This document shows positions 19,562 through 28,387 of a stretch of 64,000 nt of DNA, one piece after another. The first letter of the stretch is position 1, and each line of letters starts with the position of its first letter. Under the pieces are notes generated by a model, which saw only the letters and a program-made list of their open reading frames with translations, had not been told where the DNA came from and did no database searches. The DNA comes from a virus. Location: the IMG/VR virus record IMGVR_UViG_3300047673_000554, positions 15,598 to 79,597 of that record; one strand, 5' to 3'. Position numbers and translations under genes: made by a program.

Positions 19562-22054
19562 CTACCGGTTTTTCACCCTAAATGGAACCGTGTACATATC
19601 ACAAAAATCAGAAGCGCGAAGTTTAGCGGCGATCAATTTTTGTCTTATCGCAACCGCATCACCCAACTCATTACTGCTTGCTACTGAATTAATGAATTTC
19701 CGAACAGACTCTCTAAACTCTCCAAGCTTTTCCCGTGTCATGACACGAATATTTTGGTTAGGTGAAGCAGCGTATTCGAACAACGAATATGGGTGCACCA
19801 AAATTGGAGTATAAGCACTCGAGTGATCATAACGCTCCTCAAACCACTCACAAGAGCCATTAAGCTGATTACAGTAATACTTGGTTATAGTTTCAACCAC
19901 AGCCTCATTTTTACATTCAATCACAAAATAATTTAACTCTCCAACTTTCCACAGTACATCAGGCCCCTTTTGGTACTCTTGCTCCGGGCGTTGACTACGG
20001 AAGCCTAAATACCTAGCTACATCCTTCATCCTTGCTTCAAACAATTCGGAACTATCAAGCTTAAAGTCCAGCCCCTCCAACACCCCATTTATTTCCACTA
20101 CAAGCTTATTTGGATCTTGAAACGTTTTAGTCAAAAACTCACTACATGCTTTAGCCTGATCCAGCACCGCCCCAGAAATTTTATGATATTGAATACCTTC
20201 GATAGGCTTCAATAGCCTTCTATTGTCCCCAACAGCAGACATTTGAATTTTTTGAGCAGAGGCTTGATCTAGCAAATTAGTGTATTCCGCATAATGCTGC
20301 TTAACCAAACCTCTAAACTTCAAGTCAGCAACTGCATTAACTAACTCCTTTAACTCTTGAGCCGCAGCAGCAAAATTGCTATTGCACGCATAATCGTATG
20401 CTTTTCTGAGTGACAAGATATTACTATCAATGGAGTTTTCTTGAGTGTAAGCCAAAGTTGCCAACACCCCCTTACTTGCTGCAACCCACTCCTCTTTGCG
20501 CGCCCAGCAATAATTTAACGTATCTGTAATCTCTGATAATTTCTTTCCTTTGATCTGTTCAGAAACCTGCTCGGACAGGGCTAACTGGGCTCTAGTACCC
20601 GGTGAAAACTTGCTCATAGCACCTTGCGCATAAAGCTTGCTGGTCAGATCTCTACCCATTAAAAAAACAACACAGTAATCATCATTTGATCTAACGCCAC
20701 GCCCCATACCCTGTTCAACGCGTTGAATTACCTGATTTACGTCCCGATCACTTCCCAATAAAACCGTTTGATTGACCCTGTCGATTTTGCTGCGAACATC
20801 TGGAAACCCATCTATCACTAACAGCCTGCAGGCATCACCGGGCAGGTCAATCCCATCATACTTATTAACAAGTACGACCAAACCAACTTTACCGGCCTTT
20901 AGCTTATCCACCCCCTCGTAAAGATTATTTGCAAATAGAACTAAATTAGCGCTATCCCTCCAGTAATCAGCACGCGCCTTCGAAGGTACAATAACTACCA
21001 CATTCATATATTCAGCGATGAACTTGCAATATTTCTTTATATGATCATCAGCTAGTTCAGAATTAATTACTTGAGGCAGGAGTATCATACGATCCCCAAC
21101 ATCACCCGCTGAATCAGGAACGATAGGACGCTGTAGAAATTTATCATCAACCCCGAAATGACTAGCCAAAATTGAATCATCAACTAACGTGGCGGTCATG
21201 AACAACTTACGATCGGCATCAATGATACTAGGAATCATATGAATCGGAATTGCATGCGGGGTGATCTCGATACTCTTCGCCCCAACGACACAATGACTCA
21301 ATTTTGGAAACTCTTTCACAAGAGGCCACACAAACTGTAAATAATCTTCTTTTTTATGCGCAATTAGAATTTTACAAACTTCTGATATTTTACTCTGCCA
21401 AACCCAATAGGGAACTTGCATCAACGCAGCTGAACTACCACTTTCGACTTCAAGAGCTTTTGATTCGCATTGGTTATGGAGAGATTCCTTAAATAAATCA
21501 TACAGCGCGGTATATACCGCGGTGCCCTGCGGAATCTCGATTGTAAACTGCTCTTCAACGTAGCCAATACATGCATGAGCATCATCTACGACAAGACTAG
21601 CAATTTTTATTTTTACACCTTCGTCACCAACGCCGAACGCTGATCGGCCATTGACCAATTTGAAAATATTCGCCACGAGAATTGCTTTACCGGAAATAAA
21701 GCGATGTGAATGTACATCGTCAGTAACTTCAACACCCAGTTCTTCAGCAGCATCCATCACTTGTTTTACAAGATAAGGATCAGGGCAAATATATACAGCG
21801 GGAAACTTTCCCTCATTTATACAACTTTTTAACGCAAGTAAACCAACGACAGTTTTTCCGCTACCAGTGTTTAACTTTAGAACTAAACTATTTTCATTTC
21901 GACGCTCGAACCACTTCGACCAAACCTGAGATTGGACATCTCGAGGATATTGAAACTTTTGAGCATTTTTTTTGGGTAAAGCATTAAAAATTTCCCTGGG
22001 CTGCAGGACGGTATCAACCGTTACACCTGTTCCAATACGTGTGAAGTCAATCAT
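19562..22054 (-). CDS. SF2 (DinG-like) helicase with C-terminal PD-(D/E)xK nuclease; Hna-like anti-phage protein
   Basis: NTGSGKT, VDDAH, MTAT, DGIDLP, QGMGRGVR; C-terminal GPDVLW...IECK; 830 aa, AT-rich. Confidence 0.8.
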   Translation of the reverse strand: MIDFTRIGTGVTVDTVLQPREIFNALPKKNAQKFQYPRDVQSQVWSKWFERRNENSLVLKLNTGSGKTVVGLLALKSCINEGKFPAVYICPDPYLVKQVMDAAEELGVEVTDDVHSHRFISGKAILVANIFKLVNGRSAFGVGDEGVKIKIASLVVDDAHACIGYVEEQFTIEIPQGTAVYTALYDLFKESLHNQCESKALEVESGSSAALMQVPYWVWQSKISEVCKILIAHKKEDYLQFVWPLVKEFPKLSHCVVGAKSIEITPHAIPIHMIPSIIDADRKLFMTATLVDDSILASHFGVDDKFLQRPIVPDSAGDVGDRMILLPQVINSELADDHIKKYCKFIAEYMNVVVIVPSKARADYWRDSANLVLFANNLYEGVDKLKAGKVGLVVLVNKYDGIDLPGDACRLLVIDGFPDVRSKIDRVNQTVLLGSDRDVNQVIQRVEQGMGRGVRSNDDYCVVFLMGRDLTSKLYAQGAMSKFSPGTRAQLALSEQVSEQIKGKKLSEITDTLNYCWARKEEWVAASKGVLATLAYTQENSIDSNILSLRKAYDYACNSNFAAAAQELKELVNAVADLKFRGLVKQHYAEYTNLLDQASAQKIQMSAVGDNRRLLKPIEGIQYHKISGAVLDQAKACSEFLTKTFQDPNKLVVEINGVLEGLDFKLDSSELFEARMKDVARYLGFRSQRPEQEYQKGPDVLWKVGELNYFVIECKNEAVVETITKYYCNQLNGSCEWFEERYDHSSAYTPILVHPYSLFEYAASPNQNIRVMTREKLGEFRESVRKFINSVASSNELGDAVAIRQKLIAAKLRASDFCDMYTVPFRVKNR

Positions 22055-22155
22055 GGTCAGTTCGTCCCTTTCTGATGCAGTGGGATCGCACCGTAAACCT
22101 TAGGCGCTGACGATGTCCATACGATATCAGTCGATACACCCTCAACAACTCGCAT

Positions 22156-22199
22156 ATCAACCACTGGTTGTTGACAATTAGCAACTTACGGTTGATATT
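22156..22199 (+). promoter_or_regulatory. OL-like operators and PL-like promoter
   Basis: ATCAACCACTGGTTG and GCAACTTACGGTTGAT share the OR dyad; TTGACA(22171)-17 bp-GATATT(22194). Confidence 0.78.
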
Positions 22200-22234
22200 T
22201 GCTTCACTCTTCCACCACAGAGCGAGGCAACACC

Positions 22235-22411
22235 ATGCACACCACAGCCACCCTGCACGTCCATCCGGCTGCTGCTGATCCATTCCGCATCTTCGAAATC
22301 CGCCGCCTGGCCCGCGAATGCGGCTGCACGTTTGTCACTACCAAACCAAAGCAGAAAGCCCGCATCTCACCCACTCCGTTCGATCCGAATGGCGGAGGGT
22401 GTGCAGCATGA
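22235..22411 (+). CDS. Small early phage protein
   Basis: GAGG SD, first gene after PL, coupled to next gene. Confidence 0.6.
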   Translation: MHTTATLHVHPAAADPFRIFEIRRLARECGCTFVTTKPKQKARISPTPFDPNGGGCAA

Positions 22412-22998
22412 GCAAGTACAAGCTAGACAACCGCACCCTGCAATTGCTCAACGCTCAGGTCAACCTGACCGAGACCTTCAACCACACGCTAAGGTCGACG
22501 CCTAAGCGCGAAGCTCTGTCGTTCCGCCTGAAAGTTGAACGCAACACATCCGACACCCTTTTCACCGTTGAACTGGGCAGCGAGCGCCACACGCTGACCT
22601 TGAAGAACGAAAAAAAGATGCACCTCAAGCTGGCCGACTTTATCGAAGAGATCGTCAATGGCCCCTTCGACCCCAACAATGCTGCCGACCTGTTGAACCT
22701 CCCCCACGCCAGCCGTCAATACGCTCGCTTCGACACTGAGCACAAGCAGCGGGTATTCGAGCTGGTGCGCACGGGTGGTGTGGTGAGCCTCGACATGGGT
22801 TTTGATCTGCCCCTCCACGTCGCATTGCATCGCACACAAGCCCGCTCGGGTGTCACCAGCATCATGAGCATCGGCGAGAAAAGGCCACGCACCAAATGCT
22901 TCACCGTGTACGGAAGCGATGTCGAGATCTACGAGAAAGTGTCCGAGTCCATCAACCACCTGGCTGCGGCAGCAACACCCGCCGCACACGCTGCGTGA
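22408..22998 (+). CDS. Hypothetical early protein
   Basis: ATGA overlap, GGAGG SD. Confidence 0.7.
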   Translation: MSKYKLDNRTLQLLNAQVNLTETFNHTLRSTPKREALSFRLKVERNTSDTLFTVELGSERHTLTLKNEKKMHLKLADFIEEIVNGPFDPNNAADLLNLPHASRQYARFDTEHKQRVFELVRTGGVVSLDMGFDLPLHVALHRTQARSGVTSIMSIGEKRPRTKCFTVYGSDVEIYEKVSESINHLAAAATPAAHAA

Positions 22999-23007
22999 GG
23001 GGGTGTC

Positions 23008-23292
23008 ATGGAACGCACTCTCGCCCAAGCCGCGAAGCACCTCGGCATCACTCGGCCCAAGCTGATCGAACTTATGCGGGCTAAAGGTCTGCTCAATAAC
23101 CGGAACCTGCCCACCTACCCGACCCGCGATCGCGAATACCTGCGGATCAAGGACAGCAACTGGTACCACGAGACCGCCGGCATGCAGTACAGCCAGTCAA
23201 CCCGCGTCAGACAACCCGGCATCCGCTGGCTGGCCGATCAACTGGGGCTGGATCTACCCGCCATCCCGGCAAACCACCGTGACGTGGCCTAG
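23008..23292 (+). CDS. Antirepressor KilAC(ANT)-like protein
   Basis: AAKHLG...L...MRAKGLL...TRVRQPGIRWL. Confidence 0.7.
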   Translation: MERTLAQAAKHLGITRPKLIELMRAKGLLNNRNLPTYPTRDREYLRIKDSNWYHETAGMQYSQSTRVRQPGIRWLADQLGLDLPAIPANHRDVA

Positions 23293-23458
23293 GGAATACG
23301 CTCGCCAGATCGTCGCCATGAGCACACGCGAAGAGCGCAATGCCGCGCTCCTCGAAGTGCCTGAACATCTGCGGGAGCTGACCAAAACACACTGCCTGAA
23401 TGCCTGGAACCACCCGGCAAGAACACAACGCAAGGAGGCTCAGCAAGCCGATGCATAA
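23279..23458 (+). CDS. Small hypothetical protein (59 aa, not in ORF track)
   Basis: Own translation from GTG: MTWPREYARQIVAMSTREERNAALLEVPEHLREL...; overlaps both neighbours. Confidence 0.6.
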   Translation: MTWPREYARQIVAMSTREERNAALLEVPEHLRELTKTHCLNAWNHPARTQRKEAQQADA

Positions 23459-23768
23459 CACCAGCCAAACACCGCTACGACTGCGACCCGCACCCGAGTC
23501 AGCCACCGTGGAACTGCTTTACCGCACCTTCGGTGACGTGCTGATCCCGCTGGAAAAAGTCCGCGAGCAGTACTTCCGCAACCTCAACGAGCAATCGTTC
23601 GTGGCCGAGATCAATAGCGGCCGGATCCAGCTCCCCATCACCACGCTGGACACCAGCCGCAAGGCCCCGAAATACGCACACATCCGCCATGTCGCTTCGC
23701 TGATCGACATCCGCGCCTACAAGGCGGATGAAGAGATGCTGCGACCGCAGGACGATTCAACCGAGTAA
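23451..23768 (+). CDS. PrtN-family (pyocin activator-like) protein
   Basis: LLYRTFGDVLIPLEKVREQYF...SRKAPKYAHIRHVASLID. Confidence 0.75.
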   Translation: MHNTSQTPLRLRPAPESATVELLYRTFGDVLIPLEKVREQYFRNLNEQSFVAEINSGRIQLPITTLDTSRKAPKYAHIRHVASLIDIRAYKADEEMLRPQDDSTE

Positions 23769-23825
23769 GACACCCGACCCAAAGGCTGCCACCACCGGCC
23801 TACGACATCACCAGGAGCACACCAC

Positions 23826-24245
23826 ATGACTGCAATTCAAATCTGCGCATTGATCGGCCTCATCGTCGGCGCTGCCCTTCTCTACTGGACCGGCTACCGA
23901 GGCGGTCAAATCGATGGTCGCATCGAGGGAATCGACGAAGGCAAAGCCATCCAACAATCCGACAACTCGCAAGCCCTCCGAAACCTGGAGCACTCACTAC
24001 TCCAAGCACGCGCCGAGGAGTTGCAACTGTACGGCCACTACGAGCGTGCACTGGCGGCCTCAAAACTGGGAGAGCAGGAGCGTCAAACCCTACTTGCCAT
24101 CGCCGAAAAACTCAGGATCGCCGCGGAGACATTCAGCGCATTCCGCACCGGCAAAAAACTCGAACGCGATTCACTAGCCCTGCGCGAACAAGCGCTCTCC
24201 ATGGCAGCCCTGCTAGAGCCAGAAACGCAGGAGGATGCGGCATGA
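23826..24245 (+). CDS. Hypothetical protein with N-terminal membrane anchor
   Basis: AGGAG SD; hydrophobic N-terminus then helical region. Confidence 0.65.
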   Translation: MTAIQICALIGLIVGAALLYWTGYRGGQIDGRIEGIDEGKAIQQSDNSQALRNLEHSLLQARAEELQLYGHYERALAASKLGEQERQTLLAIAEKLRIAAETFSAFRTGKKLERDSLALREQALSMAALLEPETQEDAA

Positions 24246-24463
24246 ATCGCTCGCTTCCAATGTTACGCCTGACACCACAGGCGGCCGGCGCCTTGCAACA
24301 GCAATGCACCAAAGCCACCACCGAGTTGCGGGAACTGACGCGCTTTCGCAAAGAGTTCGACCGGCAACTGGTCGCACTGATCGGCAACGACGCCCTGCGC
24401 AAACTGAACAAAGATACCAAGAACGCTCTGCTACTGGCGGACTTGGTCAAGGAGGCAGCATGA
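24242..24463 (+). CDS. Hypothetical early protein
   Basis: ATGA coupling at both ends. Confidence 0.65.
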   Translation: MNRSLPMLRLTPQAAGALQQQCTKATTELRELTRFRKEFDRQLVALIGNDALRKLNKDTKNALLLADLVKEAA

Positions 24464-25215
24464 GCCAAATTTCTCACCATCATCGCAACACGGCTCACGC
24501 TTCATCAGCACTTGATGGACCAACTCGCTATCGAACACCGGAGCAAAGCGGCATCAAAATGGACCAGCACACCACCCAAACATCGACCGCTTTGCTCTGC
24601 AACGCGAATGGGGTCGACACACCAGAAACAAACAGCCTCTGCTGCGCAGCAGCAGGCATTATTGCCCCTCTCAGCGCCACTGCCGAGGCACTTATACCCC
24701 ACGAAAAGCTGCGCGAGGCAGCCGCACCTGATGCAACGCTAATCGCTCAAAATCGGCTGCCCGCGCAGCTTGTCGAGGGGTATAAGCTACTTTTACATAC
24801 TCATGACGCTTCGAAGCAGGCTGCCGTCAAGGCCGCCAAAATTGATGAGCGCGCAGAGTTCGAGAAAGAGTTTCCAGCTCCTGAGGGGCTTCAGTATTGC
24901 AAACAACGTGGGACGTACATTACGTCGCCTGGTGTGAGCGTATCTGCCACATTTTCGCGCGAGCATTACGCGTACAGAGCAGGCTATTCAGCGTGGATGC
25001 GTCGAGCTTGGAAGCACGGCGCTTTGGTCAACCAGCAACCTCCGGACCGAGAATGCAGTAATAATCCGTTGCCTATAGGCATTGATAGCGCGCCCGCCGA
25101 GAAGGCTCCCCTGCCGAATAAGACCGCCGAACCTCCTATGTTCAGCGACGTTTCAACATGGGCACAGCCAGCAGCTATCGCCTCAAGTGAATCTCCGCGG
25201 GAAAGAGAGCAATGA
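24460..25215 (+). CDS. Hypothetical early protein
   Basis: AGGAGG SD, ATGA coupling. Confidence 0.55.
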   Translation: MSQISHHHRNTAHASSALDGPTRYRTPEQSGIKMDQHTTQTSTALLCNANGVDTPETNSLCCAAAGIIAPLSATAEALIPHEKLREAAAPDATLIAQNRLPAQLVEGYKLLLHTHDASKQAAVKAAKIDERAEFEKEFPAPEGLQYCKQRGTYITSPGVSVSATFSREHYAYRAGYSAWMRRAWKHGALVNQQPPDRECSNNPLPIGIDSAPAEKAPLPNKTAEPPMFSDVSTWAQPAAIASSESPREREQ

Positions 25216-25481
25216 ACACCTTGTTTTTATTGATGGCTCAATACAACGGTCAAGCCGTAATTCCCCTCGATCGTGTATGCGCTGACTATATGCACCTGAC
25301 GGTCGAGAAGTTCAAACGCAAACGGTTGGACGGAGAGATTGATGTTCCGATAGTGCGCTTGGGGGCTGACAGCCAAAAGGCAGCACTTGGTATCCACCTA
25401 AAAGATCTGGCCGATTATATAGACCGCCAGCGGGAAAAAGCAGCCAAGGAGCAGAACCAACTGATGGGGAGAGCTGCTTAA
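25212..25481 (+). CDS. PrtN-family protein (possible excision directionality factor)
   Basis: MNTLFLLMAQYNG..IPLDRVC..SQKAA..HLKDLADYID. Confidence 0.85.
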   Translation: MNTLFLLMAQYNGQAVIPLDRVCADYMHLTVEKFKRKRLDGEIDVPIVRLGADSQKAALGIHLKDLADYIDRQREKAAKEQNQLMGRAA

Positions 25482-25548
25482 CTCCAAACATGGGCGAGCC
25501 TAAACATTGACCTCGCCCTTTTTTCCATCATTAATAACCTGCATAACT

Positions 25549-26043
25549 CTACTCACCATACATAGAAATTTCCGCTCGCAAATTGTTTGCGGTAACGAAT
25601 CCCACCAACTGAACAAGCACCACAACAAGAACACTCAACAAACAAGCACCCCGAATAGACAAGGCACCCCACACCCAATATTGCGAAAACCCCAATTTCT
25701 GTGCAAAAGCCATTTCCCCAACAGCACCAACAACAAATGCAACCACAATCAAGACAACAACCAAAACAACATTAACAATAACTTCTCGCTTCAAATCAGT
25801 CAAAGCGCTAACAACCAACACGTACGCCTGCGGCTTTTGCAACCTTAACTTCCTTGGGACATCCTTCAAGATTCCTTCAACGTAGTTAAAAAACGCGAAC
25901 GATAGAGCCCCGAACAATGCACCCAAGGCGAATAAAACAGTATTAACATTACTAAACATTGGGCTAGCCTCCCCTGCCGACCCCCATAATGACAGGAAGG
26001 AAAGACCGAACGATGTTAAAAACACAAATACCAGGCGAAGCAT
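25549..26043 (-). CDS. Four-helix membrane protein, putative defence effector
   Basis: Four hydrophobic segments; 1 bp downstream of 314-aa gene. Confidence 0.8.
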   Translation of the reverse strand: MLRLVFVFLTSFGLSFLSLWGSAGEASPMFSNVNTVLFALGALFGALSFAFFNYVEGILKDVPRKLRLQKPQAYVLVVSALTDLKREVIVNVVLVVVLIVVAFVVGAVGEMAFAQKLGFSQYWVWGALSIRGACLLSVLVVVLVQLVGFVTANNLRAEISMYGE

Positions 26044-26044
26044 A

Positions 26045-26989
26045 CTAACGCCTCAATGAATTACCTATAGCAGAATAAACTTCAGCCACCATGCGGGCAT
26101 CGTTATCAGAACGACCCGGAGCAGGCTGTCCAGTTTCAAGTTCCAGCTGCCCCTCGTGCATCACTACCTCATCCGATGGAACATCCAGATCAAGAGTAAC
26201 TATAGCAGAGATGCTTTTATGTGTTTTTTTGCCACCATGATCACCTTCAGTAGTAACACTCCACTTACCTTCTCCCTCCTCAATATAATCCACGTAATCT
26301 TCAATGGGCGCCTTCGGGATTCTGAGGTCGCCATATTCGTTACTCAGTGTAATCTTAACCTCATCTTGATCAAAAAGCTCTTTCATGGCCTTAAGTGCAT
26401 CACGTGCTTTGACATTCGTTTCTAAAATATTTGGAGAGATGAGCTCCAACTCAACTTTATACACTTTCTTATGAGTTTTAATAACATTCCAAAACTCACC
26501 TTTAATGGTTTTCGGCTCAATGAAAATCGAGTAATTATACTCATTCAAGACAGCGTCTTTTAATCCCGCATGAATAGCATTTGCAATTTGTTCTTCAGTA
26601 CCAAAGCGCCAATCATGCTGTACAAAAACATACTGCTCCACGATATCCACTATTGTAATTACTGGAACCCAATCATCAGCATCATGAGGGACAATATCAC
26701 CTGGTATCTTATCGCCAACTTTTGTTATTTTGTGTTTAGCCGTCTTCCCGACCAGAAATCTTCCCTTCGGGAATTCATCAGCTATAGGGTCAACGTACGA
26801 AAAGCCTACAAAACTATAACGAACCTTATTTTTAACAAACTCACTGCCATCGTCCTGAAGGGCAGAAACGACCACCGCTCCTTTGGGGCTCGGTAAGGGC
26901 TTTGGAACAAGGGCGCCCTGCTTGTTTTCGATCAACGAGTATCGCAGCACTAAAAACGGTTTGATTCCTTTCACAACAAAATCCTTCAA
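26045..26989 (-). CDS. Soluble protein, DUF4747/RdgC/RexA-like (tentative), putative defence sensor
   Basis: AT-rich ORF; IFIEP...FW...VELELISPN...YIEEGEGKW pattern recalled from DUF4747-like proteins; start could be GTG at 26974. Confidence 0.55.
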   Translation of the reverse strand: MKDFVVKGIKPFLVLRYSLIENKQGALVPKPLPSPKGAVVVSALQDDGSEFVKNKVRYSFVGFSYVDPIADEFPKGRFLVGKTAKHKITKVGDKIPGDIVPHDADDWVPVITIVDIVEQYVFVQHDWRFGTEEQIANAIHAGLKDAVLNEYNYSIFIEPKTIKGEFWNVIKTHKKVYKVELELISPNILETNVKARDALKAMKELFDQDEVKITLSNEYGDLRIPKAPIEDYVDYIEEGEGKWSVTTEGDHGGKKTHKSISAIVTLDLDVPSDEVVMHEGQLELETGQPAPGRSDNDARMVAEVYSAIGNSLRR

Positions 26990-27094
26990 CGTAAATTAGG
27001 AGTTCAGCAGTGCTCGGCAACGTACCCTTTTTAGAGAGCGATCTCAATGTGCAATCACGCGACTCTTAAGTATGCGACCGCTTCGCTACGCCGG

Positions 27095-28183
27095 CTAAAC
27101 CAGCTTGCTTAACCACTCCCACTTTTTATAAGCGTCCCCTCTCCCTCGAAGGTGGGTATACCGCCTCAACGAGTTCCAGTCCCTGTGCCCTGAAACACTC
27201 GACACTCTCGGGATATCCCAGTCCATCTCAAACAACCGACTCACCCCTTCGTGTCGCAGATCATGGAAATGCAGGTCTTCGATGCCTAGCATCGGGCAGG
27301 CCCGGGTGAAGGACGCCGACACCGACCTGGCGTTGTAGGGAAAGATCTCCACTTCCGTTTTGGGCATGGACTGCAGGATCGCCCAGGCTTCATCCGGCAG
27401 ATGACACCACACGTTGTTGCCGATCTTCTGCCCGGGGTTTTTCATGTCCCGCACCAGGACGGCCTGACGGATCTCATCCAGGTCCTCCCAGCGAATCCGC
27501 GTAATCTCTTCCTGCCGGCGAGTTGAGAAGAGCGCGAAAGCAATCAGCTTTGGCATATCGATTTGGCTTTTTCGACGCTCCTGCATTTCGAAAAAATGCT
27601 TCATCAGCTTGTCCAGCTCATCAAGGGTTGGCCGACGGTTACGCTCCTTGCTCTTGCTCACCATGCCCAACTTGCGCAACACCCTGCGTGCGTCGGACAT
27701 GGCCAGCGGGTTCACCTCATAACCCCAGGCTGGCCTCGCCACGGACAGCACCGCCCCTAGGTGCGACAAATCGTTGCCGACTGTCTGCGCCTGGACGCCA
27801 CCACCCTCCTTGCTCATTCGCCACTGCGCGAACTCCACCAGCTTCTGACTACTCAGCGCCGCGTCGTCGAGCTCGCCCAACCAGGTGTCCTTGATCGCGT
27901 TCAGCGTGGCGCTCTTGGTCTTGCCCAGCGGTCGGATCTTCTCGTACTCATCCAGGTACTGCTGGATCATCTTCTTGATCGTCACCCCTTTGCGGTTCGC
28001 GCGCTCGATGGCACCCGGTTCCGCCAGCTCTGTTTCCCGGCGCTTGATCCAAGCCTGGGCTACCTGCTTGCGGTCGAAGGTTTGGCTTTCCTGATAAACT
28101 GTCTTCCCGTCCCGATTGATCCGTATCTGCGCCGTGTAGGCCGTCGAGTTGTCCTTGCGCTTACGTGATGTGATCGTGCCCAT
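27095..28183 (-). CDS. int: Tyrosine integrase, dusA-associated type
   Basis: Catalytic R (STRRQEEI), K (DMKNPG), HDLRH, GH, Y; divergent from dusA 5' fragment. Confidence 0.93.
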   Translation of the reverse strand: MGTITSRKRKDNSTAYTAQIRINRDGKTVYQESQTFDRKQVAQAWIKRRETELAEPGAIERANRKGVTIKKMIQQYLDEYEKIRPLGKTKSATLNAIKDTWLGELDDAALSSQKLVEFAQWRMSKEGGGVQAQTVGNDLSHLGAVLSVARPAWGYEVNPLAMSDARRVLRKLGMVSKSKERNRRPTLDELDKLMKHFFEMQERRKSQIDMPKLIAFALFSTRRQEEITRIRWEDLDEIRQAVLVRDMKNPGQKIGNNVWCHLPDEAWAILQSMPKTEVEIFPYNARSVSASFTRACPMLGIEDLHFHDLRHEGVSRLFEMDWDIPRVSSVSGHRDWNSLRRYTHLRGRGDAYKKWEWLSKLV

Positions 28184-28189
28184 TTCCAG

Positions 28190-28235
28190 TTGCTACATTG
28201 CTGAAGTCGATTGCTACATTGTAGCAACCGACTTC
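28190..28235. repeat. Arm-type integrase site repeats / palindrome
   Basis: TTGCTACA at 28190 and 28211, TGTAGCAA at 28220; near-perfect inverted repeat 28203-28235. Confidence 0.7.
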
Positions 28236-28264
28236 GAAAAACAAGGAAAAATGGGTAAAAACCG

Positions 28265-28280
28265 CTGTATAAAAGACCAG
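28265..28280. promoter_or_regulatory. LexA (SOS) box
   Basis: CTGTATAAAAGACCAG fits CTG-N10-CAG with CTGT and AT-rich spacer. Confidence 0.7.
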
Positions 28281-28285
28281 TATCA

Positions 28286-28387
28286 ATGAATCTCGAAAAA
28301 CCTGAAGCGCCCGTAAATACTAGCCACACCCGTTCCGAGCCATCCCGCCGCTTCAGCGTGGCCCCGATGATGGATTGGGCGCACTAA
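28286..28387 (+). pseudogene. dusA: dusA 5' replacement fragment containing the att core (33 codons, then stop)
   Basis: Own translation MNLEKPEAPVNTSHTRSEPSRRFSVAPMMDWAH*; RRFSVAPMMDW is the conserved DusA N-terminal motif. Confidence 0.88.

Larger units (their letters stand above)
1..28387. mobile_element. Prophage 1 (lambda-like head, P2-like contractile tail, dusA-associated integrase); left part outside window
   Basis: Contiguous sheath-fibre-baseplate-head-terminase-holin-replication-immunity-early-integrase gene order ending at a dusA-type att core. Confidence 0.93.

Noticed and set aside
25507-25848. Asn/Gln-rich + strand ORF
   Set aside because: Antisense shadow of the Val/Leu-rich membrane gene
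28286-28387. Functional dusA
   Set aside because: Stop codon two residues after APMMDW; no downstream DusA sequence in the window
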